This document shows positions 20,388 through 30,119 of a DNA stretch of 64,000 nt, piece by piece (within the stretch, counting starts at the first letter, position 1; every line of letters begins with the position of its first letter). The notes under the pieces are model-generated. The model was not told the origin of the DNA. It searched no databases and saw nothing but the letters and a program-made list of their open reading frames with translations. Origin of the DNA: Candidatus Latescibacterota bacterium (lineage in GTDB: Bacteria > Latescibacterota > UBA2968 > GCA-2709665); NCBI GenBank assembly GCA_965116875.1, contig OZ220733.1:4640001-4704000 (forward strand), given 5' to 3'. The position numbers and the translations under genes are program-made.

Positions 20388-20476
20388 ATCCCGAACCACA
20401 ACAAGCGCTACCCTTGCTGGCCGGTCGCCGGCAGGCGCCGGTTTCCTGAAAAGTTGGCATCGACAGGGAGTGTGCA

Positions 20477-22141
20477 ATGGCGGACCCTTCGGACGCCGAA
20501 CTGGTTCGACGCTGGAAGGACGAACCCGCGCCTCTGTTGCCGTTGTTGCACGCGTTCCACGATCGGGATGGATATGTCTCAGATGAGGCCATCCGGTCGA
20601 TTGCCACCGGGTTGAAGACGCCACTGGCAGACTTGTTCGGCACCGTAACGTTCTACCACCACATCTCCCGCAAGCCGGGCGGACTTGACGAATTCCGGGT
20701 TTGCACCGGCCCCATATGCGCGCTTCGTGGCGCGCAGGAGTTGTGCGACGCGTTGGACGGCGTCCCAATGGCCTGCCCGGGCAGGTGTGACGAACCGGTA
20801 CCTGTGATTCAGAACCGCCGGGTCCTGGTGGGGACGAATGCCCGTCGCCTCAGGGAAGTCCCGACACCCCTGCCAGCGGAAAACCCGGGCGAACGGGAAG
20901 AGTGCGTCTTTCGTCATATTCGTGCGCCGAACCGCTCGAATCTCGAAGGGTATTGCGCGACACGCGGGTACGAAGGACTGAAGAGAGCAATTGCCCAGAT
21001 GAAGCCCGCTGATGTCGTGGAACGGGTCACGGAAAGCGGGCTGACAGGCCGCGGAGGCGCGGGCTTTCCCACGGGACCAAAGTGGGAGGCGGTTTCTGAA
21101 GCCGCGAGTGGTCCGAAAACGGTTGTCTGCAACGCCGATGAAGGAGAACCCGGGTGCTTCAAGGATCGGGCCCTGCTGGACTATGATCCTCACGCGGTGC
21201 TGGAGGGCATGGTCATCGCCGCGTACGCAACCGGCGCCACGCGCGGGTTCATCTACCTGCGATACGAATACCCGCAAACGCTGAGCATTCTGGATCGCGC
21301 CATCGAAGAAGCGGAGGCCGCCGGCTTGATTGGCGATGGTATACTGGGGTCGGGTCTCGACTTTCAGGTACATATCCGTCGAGGCGGGGGGGCGTATGTT
21401 TGCGGCGAGGAGGGATCGTTACTGAACAGCCTGGAGGGCAGGCATCCGTTTCCGAGAAACCGGCCGCCCTATCCCGTTACACACGGATTCGAGAACCTGC
21501 CGACGGCGGTGAATAACGTTGAAACGCTGGTTGCCGTACCTCAGATCATTCGAAAGGGCGCGGAGTGGTACCGGAATCTCGGGTTGAACGGTCAGCCAGG
21601 CACCAAAGTCATCAGTCTGTCGGGCGATATCGAGAATCCGGGTAACTACGAAGTCCCCTTCGGCCTGCCGCTGAGAACACTGCTTTGCGATTGGGGCGGC
21701 GGCGCCCCCGTTGGCCGGAGTATCCAAGCCGTCACCATGGCGGGACTGTCGGGTGGCTTTATTGCCGGCGAAGCGCTGGAAGCGACTCTCGACGAGCCCA
21801 GTCTGCGGGGATACGGGTCGTTTCTGGGCGCGGGGGGCATCATCGTATTTGACGACAGCAGGGACATGGTTGAGGTTGCCCACACCGCGATGGCCTTTTT
21901 CGCGGACGAGTCCTGCGGCAAGTGTTTCCCGTGCCGCATTGGCACCCGCCGGTTGGTCGAGCGGCTGAGCGGTGTTGGCGGACCGGGGCAGGTGGGGCAG
22001 TGGCGGGCCGAAGTGCATGATATCGGCCAGACCATGATGGCCACCAGCGCGTGCGGCCTGGGAACTGCGGCGCCTCTGGTGACGGAAAGCCTGATGAAGT
22101 ATTTTCCGGATCAGGTCGAAGGGCACGTTTCGCGGCAGTAG
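20477..22141 (+). CDS. NAD-dependent formate dehydrogenase diaphorase subunit, NuoE-NuoF (FdsG-FdsB) fusion
   Basis: N-terminal TFY..CTGPIC..CPGRC [2Fe-2S]; GRGGAGFPTG, NADEGEPG, YVCGEE, NNVET, SCGKCFPCRIG..CGLG. Confidence 0.9.
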   Translation: MADPSDAELVRRWKDEPAPLLPLLHAFHDRDGYVSDEAIRSIATGLKTPLADLFGTVTFYHHISRKPGGLDEFRVCTGPICALRGAQELCDALDGVPMACPGRCDEPVPVIQNRRVLVGTNARRLREVPTPLPAENPGEREECVFRHIRAPNRSNLEGYCATRGYEGLKRAIAQMKPADVVERVTESGLTGRGGAGFPTGPKWEAVSEAASGPKTVVCNADEGEPGCFKDRALLDYDPHAVLEGMVIAAYATGATRGFIYLRYEYPQTLSILDRAIEEAEAAGLIGDGILGSGLDFQVHIRRGGGAYVCGEEGSLLNSLEGRHPFPRNRPPYPVTHGFENLPTAVNNVETLVAVPQIIRKGAEWYRNLGLNGQPGTKVISLSGDIENPGNYEVPFGLPLRTLLCDWGGGAPVGRSIQAVTMAGLSGGFIAGEALEATLDEPSLRGYGSFLGAGGIIVFDDSRDMVEVAHTAMAFFADESCGKCFPCRIGTRRLVERLSGVGGPGQVGQWRAEVHDIGQTMMATSACGLGTAAPLVTESLMKYFPDQVEGHVSRQ

Positions 22142-22189
22142 TCCGTTCCGGTGTGGGTACAACGCACGTACGCGGGAAGGCGGTGCGTA

Positions 22190-24928
22190 ATGGTCGAAGA
22201 CGGGGAAAGAGCCAAAACGGCTACGATAACCCTTGACGGCGAGACGGTCTCGTACTCCGACGGAGAAACCGTCTTCGACGTTGCGCAGAGGCACTCGAAA
22301 TCTGTGCCGACCCTGTGTTATGACGCTCGGCTGGAACCTTTCGGAAGTTGCCGCCTCTGCGTGGTGGATGTGGAAGGCGCCCGGACTCCCGTGGCTTCCT
22401 GCACGACGCCCGCAACGCCGGGGATGGTCGTTCGATCGGAGACGGATGCGATACGGAAGTATCGAAAGGTGTTGCTGGAGATGGTGGCGTCGGAAAACCC
22501 CGGGATCGACGTGGACCCCCTCAGCGGGTATGCCTCGCAGGAACTCTCCACGCTTGTGGATCGATACGGCGCGCGGACCGGCAGGTTTAACGGTTCTCAT
22601 TCCGGACGCAGCAAGGTGGAGGACGACAATCCGTTTCTGTTGAGGGACTACGACAAATGTATCTCCTGCTACCGCTGCGTCCGTGTGTGCTCCGAGCAGG
22701 AGGGAGACGATGCGATCAGCGTGATGGGCCGCGGATTCGATACGCAGATCGTAACCGAATTCGACGGCCTGCTGAAGGAATCGTCCTGTACGTTCTGCGG
22801 GCAGTGCATTCAGACCTGTCCCACGGGCGCGCTTGCCGACAAGAAGGCGTTGCGGGCCTCCGGCGAATCGGGAAAAATAGAAAAGACACGCACAATCTGC
22901 CCGTATTGCGGGGTGGGGTGTTCCGTGGACCTGATGACCCGGAAGGAGAGAATCGTGGGCATCCAGCCCGCGATGGACGGCCCCGCGAACCAGGGTGCGC
23001 TTTGTGTCAAGGGACAGTTTGCGTTCGACTTCGTGCACCACCGCGATCGCCTGAAGGCGCCGCTTGTGCGACGCGAAGACGGCAGGCTGCACGAAGCGAA
23101 TTGGGACGAGGCCCTGGATCGCGCGGCTCGGGGATTCAGCGATGCGAGAGCGAATCACGGGAAATTCAGCGCGTACGGAGTGGCGTCGGGTCGGGCGCCT
23201 ACCGAGGCTGCGTACGTGATGGGGAAATTCATCCGCGCCGGATTCGGTACCAATTACATAGACAATTGCAGCCGTGCCTGACACGCCCCTACGGTTGCCG
23301 GTCTGGCAGCCACGATCGGAAGGGGCGCGATGTCGAATCCGCTGGTCGATATGGACAAGCCCGATGTGTTCTTCTGCATCGGGACGAACATGACCGAGTG
23401 TCATCCGGTGGCCGCCACGCGACTGAAGAAAGCAATACGGGGCGGCGCAAAGCTGATCGTTGCAGATCCAAGGCGCATTCCGCTGGCGGAGATGGCGGAT
23501 CTCTTTCTGCCGCTGCGGGTCGGATCGGATGTGGCTCTCCTGCTGGCAATGGCTCATGTCATTGCGCGGGAAGGGTTGATCGACAGCGACTTTGTCAATA
23601 GCCGGACGGTGAAGTCTGAAGAGTTCATTGAGCATGTCAAGGAGTATCCTCCTGAATGGGCTGAGCGGATTACAGGAGTGCCGGCGAAGGATATCGAACT
23701 CGCCGCGATCTGGTACGGCAAGGCGGACCGGGGGGCGATTTACTATACGCTGGGAATAACCGAGCATATCTGCGGTGTGGACAATGTCCAATGCCTCTGT
23801 AATCTGGCCCTGATGACGGGGAACGTGGGGCGGGAAGGCACGGGGATCAATCCGATGCGCGGCCAGAACAACATCCAGGGCGCGGGCGATTCAGGAGCCA
23901 TTCCGGATAAATTCCCCGGGTTCCAGCCGTGCGACGACACGGAGAATGCAGAGAAATTCTCGAGGCTCTACGGACAGCGTCTGGAAGCGGAAACGGGGAT
24001 TACGAAGGTGGCGGCTTTGAACCAATGCGGCGACCGGATCCGCGCTATGCTGATCGACGGGGAGAACACGGTCGTGTCCGATCCGGACCGCGTGCATTGC
24101 ACGCACGCATTGCAGAGCCTGGACCACCTGGTGGTGATCGACATTTTCCTGACCGAAACCGCGGAACTTGCCGACGTGGTGCTGCCGGCAACGGCATGGG
24201 GGGAAACAGACGGGACGTGTACGAATACGGAACGACGCGTCCAGCGGTTGCGTGCCGCGGTCCCGGCTCCGGGAGAAGCCCGTCCTGACTGGTGGATCAT
24301 AAGCGAGATCGCGAAACGGATGGGAACGCCCGGATTCGAATACGCTTCCGCTGAAGACGTGTTCAACGAACTGTGCAGCGTGTCCCCAATATACGAAGGG
24401 TTGGATTGGGACCGGATCAAGCACGGCCGGTATCATTGGCCGGTCCCGGAAGCCGGTCATCCGGGCACGCCGACGTTGCACCAGATCGAGTTTGAAAATG
24501 GCCGGGGAATCTTCACGAAGCATCGCTATCGCAATCCTGCGGAGACCGTCAGCGACGACTTTCCGGTATGGCTCACGACCGGACGCAGGTTGCATGCCTA
24601 CCATACGCGGACTCAGACCGGCCGGGCGGCAGGCATGGACTATTTTCTGTGCGAAGAGACGCTGGAGGTGCATCCGTCGGACGTGGCGGCATGGGGTCTT
24701 TCAGACGATGGCTGGTGTCAGATGTCGAGCGCGCGGGGATCCATAAAGATCAAGGTGAAAGCGACCCGCCAGTCGCCGCGAGGCACCGTGTTCGCGAGTT
24801 TTGGTTTCAATGATGTTCCGGTGAACGTGTTAACAGGATCCGGCTACGATCCGGTCACGGAGACTGCCGAATTGAAGGTGTGTCCGGTTCGCATTGAAGC
24901 GATTGTGGCGGAACCACATACACCCTGA
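22190..24928 (+). CDS. fdhF: Formate dehydrogenase alpha subunit, selenocysteine-containing (UGA 23279-23281 read through)
   Basis: ORFs 22151-23281 and 23330-24928 are in frame across TGA, giving DNCSRA-U-HAPTVAGL; NuoG-like Fe-S region, CPYCGVGC, PMRGQNNIQG, TTGR; SECIS directly 3' of UGA. Confidence 0.92.
23279..23311 (+). promoter_or_regulatory. Bacterial SECIS element
   Basis: TGA + 11 nt, then stem GGTTGCC-GGTCT-GGCAGCC, resembling the E. coli fdhF SECIS. Confidence 0.88.
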
Positions 24929-24936
24929 GGATAAAG

Positions 24937-25764
24937 TTGAATCCGGGGATTACACATCGCGTGGTTTCGAGGATGGATGACAGCTGTCCGCCGCGTTCGA
25001 TCCACGACGAACTCGCAGTAGAAGAACCCCTGGAGATCCGCGTTGCGGGGGATCCGGTTGCCGTTACCATGCGTTCGCCGGGAGAAGATGCGCGGCTGGC
25101 GGTGGGTTTTCTGTTCTCGGAAGGGATCATCGCGTCGGTCGAGGACGTCGGGAGGGTCTTTCACTGCGGACGACCGGGGACTGAAGGATACGGCAACGCC
25201 ATCGACGTGCTCCCCGCGCCCGGCCACAGTCTTGATATCGATCGTGTGAGTGCCAGCCGGCGCGGCACACTCACCACGTCGGCGTGCGGCGTCTGTGGCA
25301 GACAGGACGTTGCAGACCTGGTGGCGCGCTGTTCCGTGTTGCCGCCCGGGCCGAAGATTGCGGCAGAATTGCTCATCGAATCGATCGACGGGATGGGACG
25401 GATCCAGCCCACATTCTCCCATACAGGTGGCGTACACGCCGCCGCCGCGTTCGATCGGGATGGGCGTGCGCTTGTGTGCTCGGAGGATGTTGGCCGCCAT
25501 AACGCCGTGGATAAGTCCGTAGGGGCCCTGCTGTTCGACCGGTTGGTCGGTGCGCCGGCGGGAGCCGTCCTGCTGGCCGTAAGCGGCAGAGCCAGTTTTG
25601 AGATCGTGCAGAAAGCGGCGGTCGCTCGCATACCCGTTGTCGCAAGCGTCTCAGCGGCCAGCTCTCTTGCGGTCGATCTTGCATCCGACGTGGGTATTAC
25701 CCTCGCGGGTTTCGTTCGACAGAAGGGGTTCAACCTGTACGCGCACCCGGAACGGGTCATATAA
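24937..25764 (+). CDS. fdhD: Formate dehydrogenase sulfurtransferase FdhD
   Basis: EEPLEI, TMRSPG, GFLFSEG, SACGVCG, TGGVHAA, EDVGRHNAVDK, SGRAS.EIVQKA. Confidence 0.93.
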   Translation: MNPGITHRVVSRMDDSCPPRSIHDELAVEEPLEIRVAGDPVAVTMRSPGEDARLAVGFLFSEGIIASVEDVGRVFHCGRPGTEGYGNAIDVLPAPGHSLDIDRVSASRRGTLTTSACGVCGRQDVADLVARCSVLPPGPKIAAELLIESIDGMGRIQPTFSHTGGVHAAAAFDRDGRALVCSEDVGRHNAVDKSVGALLFDRLVGAPAGAVLLAVSGRASFEIVQKAAVARIPVVASVSAASSLAVDLASDVGITLAGFVRQKGFNLYAHPERVI

Positions 25765-25777
25765 CAAGGAGAAGGCG

Positions 25778-26005
25778 ATGCCTATATTCGAATTCATCTG
25801 CAGCAACTGCCGTCATCCCTTCGAGACGCTCATCCAGGGCGGCCAGGAACCAGACTGCCCTTCCTGCGGCAGCAGCGATCTCAAAAAGCAGCTATCGGTG
25901 TTTGCGGTAAGCGGCGGCAGTGGTCAAACCGATGCGAGTGCGGTCCCTGGACCATGCGGAACCTGCGGAGACCCCAGAGGCCCCGGTGCATGTTCGCTGA
26001 ATTAG
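25778..26005 (+). CDS. FmdB-family zinc-ribbon regulatory protein
   Basis: MPIFEFICSNCRHPFE..CPSCGS..KQLSVF..CGTC; AAGGAG RBS. Confidence 0.85.
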   Translation: MPIFEFICSNCRHPFETLIQGGQEPDCPSCGSSDLKKQLSVFAVSGGSGQTDASAVPGPCGTCGDPRGPGACSLN

Positions 26006-26484
26006 CCCCGATTCAAACGAAACAGCCAACGCGGCAACCCGACCAGGACTCCCGAATCCGGGTGCAAGAGACGTCCAATAGGACGCTTTTTCAGTTCACG
26101 TACAATAACCTGATGTATCCTGGGTATCCGTAGTCAAATTGTCTTTATCCACGTACGTATAGTCGGCTTTACGTACCCTGAAAATGACGAATGGAGTTTG
26201 GCCTTTGAATCCCGGTTCGGAACACCGGGATTTTTCGTGTACAAACATCCGAGGAATCAGGGTGATTATCGAATTCAGCGATGGTCCTGCAGGTTGTCGG
26301 CGACGTGAAGGTTGTGAGAATTGCATTTGTGCATTCGGCCGTTCCGGGCTATCTTTGGCGGAGTTGGTCCATTCGCGCGTCACCACCATGGGATGGGTCC
26401 TCATCGTAATTTTCACTGTCGTTGCGGGCGAACTGGAACAGTCGACGGATGGCCGGGCTTCCGGCGCATCGGAGCGGAACCCGC

Positions 26485-28233
26485 ATGGTCGGCATCTTCT
26501 CGAAAGCATACCTTCGCATCCGGCAATCCATTGTCGAGGACCGTTGTGTGATTCTGGATGGCGGTGTTGCCACTGAACTGGACCGCCTGGGGCTTCAGGA
26601 TCACGCCATAAGCGATCACAGCCTTTGGGGTACGTGGGCACTGTACCACGAACCCTACAAGGTACTGGATGTGCACCGGCGATTCGTTGAAGTCGGATGT
26701 GACGTCATTTCAACCAATACCTGGGGAATTCTCGAGGGGCACGGGATTGAAGAGGAAAGGCCGATCCCGGAAGCGGGGATATCGCATTGGATGGACGTAG
26801 CGCGACGCGGGCTCGGTCTGGCTCGCCAGGCGCGCCAGGAGTTGGGCAGGGAAGACGAATGTGCCGTTGCGTTCAGCGTTAACGGAGACATCGAAACGGC
26901 CCAGCGGCTGGAGCGTTTACAACTGCTGACAAGGGTGTTTGCAGACGATCCGCCCGACCTTGTATTGATGGAGACAATGTCAATCCTTCGGGAGGACCTT
27001 ACGCTTCCGGCAATCGAAATGATGATTCAGACGGGTGTTCCGGTATGGCTGAGCTTCCGGCGCTGCAGAAAGGGTCTGTGCGGCGTACACGGACAGCACT
27101 GGGGCGGACCGGAGGGTGACTATTTCGGCAGACTGGCCGGCCGGTTCCAGCGGATGGGAATTGGCGCCTTGTTGATCAATTGCCTGCCGGTGGAACACGT
27201 ACCGGGGATGATCTCGTGGCTCAGGGATTTTACGGATCTGCCGCTGGGCGTGTACCCGAATCTGGGGCGTTACCTGGACCCGGGCTGGAAAGCTGACGAA
27301 AACGTGGGACCCCGGCGCTTTGCCGCGCTGGCCGGCGCCTGGCGCGAAGAAGGCGCGCAGATCGTTGGCGGGTGCTGCGGCGTCACGCCGGATCACATCA
27401 ACGAAGCCAGGAAAACGCTGGCTTGCACCCGGCCGGGTCGAATGCGGGTACAGCCGCGGACATCCCGGGCGCCCGGAAGCAGAAAGGATGATGCCGTCGT
27501 CCCGGGTCCATGGGCGGACGAGGACGGGAGGGCGCTCTTTCCGTTGCCGTTCCCTGAAATTGTGTGCGACCCTGGCGTCTTCGCGCCCACGCAGGGGAGC
27601 TTTCTGATCTGGAAGCACCTCTTTCGAACGGGCGCCGGCCGGGGCAAGAGTTGTCTGGACGTGGGGTGCGGCACCGGAATCCTGTCCGTACAACTCGCAT
27701 TGAACGGAGCGGAACAGGTCCAGGCAATCGATATACAGAAAGAAGCCATCGGGAATACAATGACGAACGCTTTTCGCAACGGCGTGGCCGACCGTATTTC
27801 CGGACGGGTTGTGGATCTCTACACCTATATTCCGGAACAGCGTTATGACCTGGTGATCGGCAGCCTTTATCAGATGCCGGTGGATCCGATCCGTCAGTCA
27901 GCCGGACACCGGCCCGCGGATTTCTGGGGCAGGAATCTGCTCGATCACCTGGTCGCCCTGCTGCCGGAGATGCTGGCCGACAACGGCATAGCCTATCTGA
28001 TGCAGATTTCGGCATTGAGTCAGATTCGGACCTCGGAACTGGTTTCGGCCGCGGGGCTGGATGCAAGGGTCATCGATTTCAGCTTTTTTCATTTCGGCCC
28101 GTTATTCGACGAAAACCAGGATCAGATCAGACGGGTCGCCGAATTGTCGGACGCCTTTTACCTGAGTTTTGGTGGGGAAAACGTGATGGTGATGTACCTG
28201 CTGGAATTAAGGGCTGCCGGACGGAATCGATAG
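26485..28233 (+). CDS. Homocysteine S-methyltransferase domain fused to a class I SAM-dependent methyltransferase
   Basis: ILDGGVATEL, INC, GVYPN, VGGCCG (Zn ligands); C-terminal PGVFAP..LDVGCGTG..AIDI; start uncertain. Confidence 0.8.
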   Translation: MVGIFSKAYLRIRQSIVEDRCVILDGGVATELDRLGLQDHAISDHSLWGTWALYHEPYKVLDVHRRFVEVGCDVISTNTWGILEGHGIEEERPIPEAGISHWMDVARRGLGLARQARQELGREDECAVAFSVNGDIETAQRLERLQLLTRVFADDPPDLVLMETMSILREDLTLPAIEMMIQTGVPVWLSFRRCRKGLCGVHGQHWGGPEGDYFGRLAGRFQRMGIGALLINCLPVEHVPGMISWLRDFTDLPLGVYPNLGRYLDPGWKADENVGPRRFAALAGAWREEGAQIVGGCCGVTPDHINEARKTLACTRPGRMRVQPRTSRAPGSRKDDAVVPGPWADEDGRALFPLPFPEIVCDPGVFAPTQGSFLIWKHLFRTGAGRGKSCLDVGCGTGILSVQLALNGAEQVQAIDIQKEAIGNTMTNAFRNGVADRISGRVVDLYTYIPEQRYDLVIGSLYQMPVDPIRQSAGHRPADFWGRNLLDHLVALLPEMLADNGIAYLMQISALSQIRTSELVSAAGLDARVIDFSFFHFGPLFDENQDQIRRVAELSDAFYLSFGGENVMVMYLLELRAAGRNR

Positions 28234-28366
28234 CCGCGCCGGTTTCTTCGAACGCCGTGCGGTCCAGTTTGCAGTGTAGAGATGTCCGCCCCGGCCGTGT
28301 CCGGCGCGTAGAAGCGGCTTGTTACGGCAGGACGAATTCCCCGCTTGCAGAATCGGGAATCGCTTT

Positions 28367-29197
28367 ATGGACGATCAGTTCCTGAAGGGACGCGCCGCAA
28401 TTGTCACGGGGGGCGCGAGTGGACTTGGCAGGGCGATCGCGTTGCGCCTGGCGGGTCAGGGCGCCGACGTCTGCATCATGTCCTTGAGCAGCGAGCGCGT
28501 GAAACGGGTGAACAGCGAGGTGAAATATTTCGCGGACGTTGACGAGATCGAAGCAACCCGGGGTGAAATCCGGGAAACGGGGGTACGGTGCATCGGTCTG
28601 GACGGAGACGTAGGTTCCACAACGGACGTTGAGAACATGATCGGCCAGGCCATCGGGACCTTCGGCAGGTTGGATGTCCTGGTGAATAATGCGGCCACAA
28701 ATGTAATACATCCAATTCTCAACCACGACAATCGGGCGTGGAAGCGCGTGGTTGACGTGAATCTGTTCGGACCCTACCTGTGCGCCCGGTACGCACTTCC
28801 CCATATGATTGAAAACGGCTGGGGGCGTATCGTATCCATCGGCTCGACAAATTCCCATGTCGGCACGTCGAATTACAGTGCCTACGCGGCATCCAAACAT
28901 GGGTTGCTGGGGTTCAGCAGGTCTCTCGCGCTGGAAGCGGCTCCTCACGGCATAACGGCAAATACCGTCAGCCCGGCCACGATCGAGACGCCATCGGGGG
29001 AAATGCATCTTCAGCATTGGGCGGAAGACCAGGGTCTCTCGCCTGAAGCCATGCGCGGTGAGGTCATGAAATCCTATCCGCAGGGGAGATTCCTCCGACC
29101 TGAGGAAATCGCCGACCTGGTCGTCTATCTTTGCCGGGATGAAGCGCGTGGAATCAACGGGGAAGACATCCGCGTGACAACGGGCGCCATGTACTAA
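28367..29197 (+). CDS. Short-chain dehydrogenase/reductase (classical)
   Basis: TGGASGLG, NNAA, YAASKH, P.TI.T. Confidence 0.9.
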   Translation: MDDQFLKGRAAIVTGGASGLGRAIALRLAGQGADVCIMSLSSERVKRVNSEVKYFADVDEIEATRGEIRETGVRCIGLDGDVGSTTDVENMIGQAIGTFGRLDVLVNNAATNVIHPILNHDNRAWKRVVDVNLFGPYLCARYALPHMIENGWGRIVSIGSTNSHVGTSNYSAYAASKHGLLGFSRSLALEAAPHGITANTVSPATIETPSGEMHLQHWAEDQGLSPEAMRGEVMKSYPQGRFLRPEEIADLVVYLCRDEARGINGEDIRVTTGAMY

Positions 29198-29266
29198 GTG
29201 CAATGGGGTCGCGGAACGCGTTCCCGGCACGTCGTTGACACGGAGTCCGGCACGCAGGAGGTATTG

Positions 29267-30049
29267 ATGGACCTTGGGCTTAAGGGCCGCCGGGCACTGG
29301 TGACAGGCGGCAGCAAGGGCATCGGCCGTGCAATTGCACTGGAACTCGCACGGGAAGGCGCCAACCTTGCGATTTGCGCCCGTGGGGCCCGTATACTTGA
29401 AGAAACGGCGACAGCGCTCCGGGAGGAAACGAATGTCGACGTATTTGCCGACACTGCCGATGTAACGGAAAGCAGTGAGATCCGGGCGTTTGTGGAACGG
29501 GCCGCAGCCACACTGGGGGGCATGGACATTCTGGTGAATAACGCTGGCAGCGCGCTTCCCGGTACGTTTGAAGAGGTGGACGAGGTTTGCTGGCGAGCGG
29601 ACCTCGACGTGAAGCTGTTCGCGGCAATGCGCTGCGTGCGTGCCGCACTGCCCTTTCTGAAACAAAGCACGCAGGCAAGGATAATCAACATCAACTCCAT
29701 CGTCGGACGCCAGATCGCGCCGGAATACATCGCCAACAGCACGGACAGAGCGGCATGCCTGGCGTTCAGCAAAGGTCTTGCGGACAACCTTGCACAGTAC
29801 GGTGTTCTTGTCAACAGTGTGAATCCCGGCAACGTGAAGAGCCAGGCCTGGGGAAGTACGCTGGACTATTTCGCGCCGGACGCGGAACTGGAGGATTATT
29901 ACGCACAGGCAGGCCGGGAGACACCGCTGGGCAGGGTGGGGGAAGCGGACGAGATCGCGGCGGTGGTGACCTTTCTGGCGAGCAAACGCGCAAGCTACAT
30001 TACCGGAGCATCTATCGACGTCGACGGTGGGCTGGTGAGATACATTTAG
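29267..30049 (+). CDS. Short-chain dehydrogenase/reductase (atypical active site)
   Basis: TGGSKGIG, NNAG, VDGG; YxxxK replaced by NSTDR. Confidence 0.88.
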   Translation: MDLGLKGRRALVTGGSKGIGRAIALELAREGANLAICARGARILEETATALREETNVDVFADTADVTESSEIRAFVERAAATLGGMDILVNNAGSALPGTFEEVDEVCWRADLDVKLFAAMRCVRAALPFLKQSTQARIININSIVGRQIAPEYIANSTDRAACLAFSKGLADNLAQYGVLVNSVNPGNVKSQAWGSTLDYFAPDAELEDYYAQAGRETPLGRVGEADEIAAVVTFLASKRASYITGASIDVDGGLVRYI

Positions 30050-30119
30050 CAGCCCGGATGGACGTTTCCAACGGGCTGTTTGGCCATTCCCTGAGAGTTC
30101 TGAAGCGAAGGCGTTCAAC

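Noticed and set aside
20124-20768. N-terminal extension of the class V aminotransferase given by the ORF track
   Set aside because: Overlaps the fdh promoter and gene; RBS and family homology begin at GTG 20123
21419-23791. 790-aa minus-strand ORF
   Set aside because: Antisense shadow of the FDH genes in high-GC DNA; no recognisable motifs
22151-24928. FDH alpha as a pseudogene or two separate genes
   Set aside because: The TGA is at the catalytic Sec position and is followed by a SECIS
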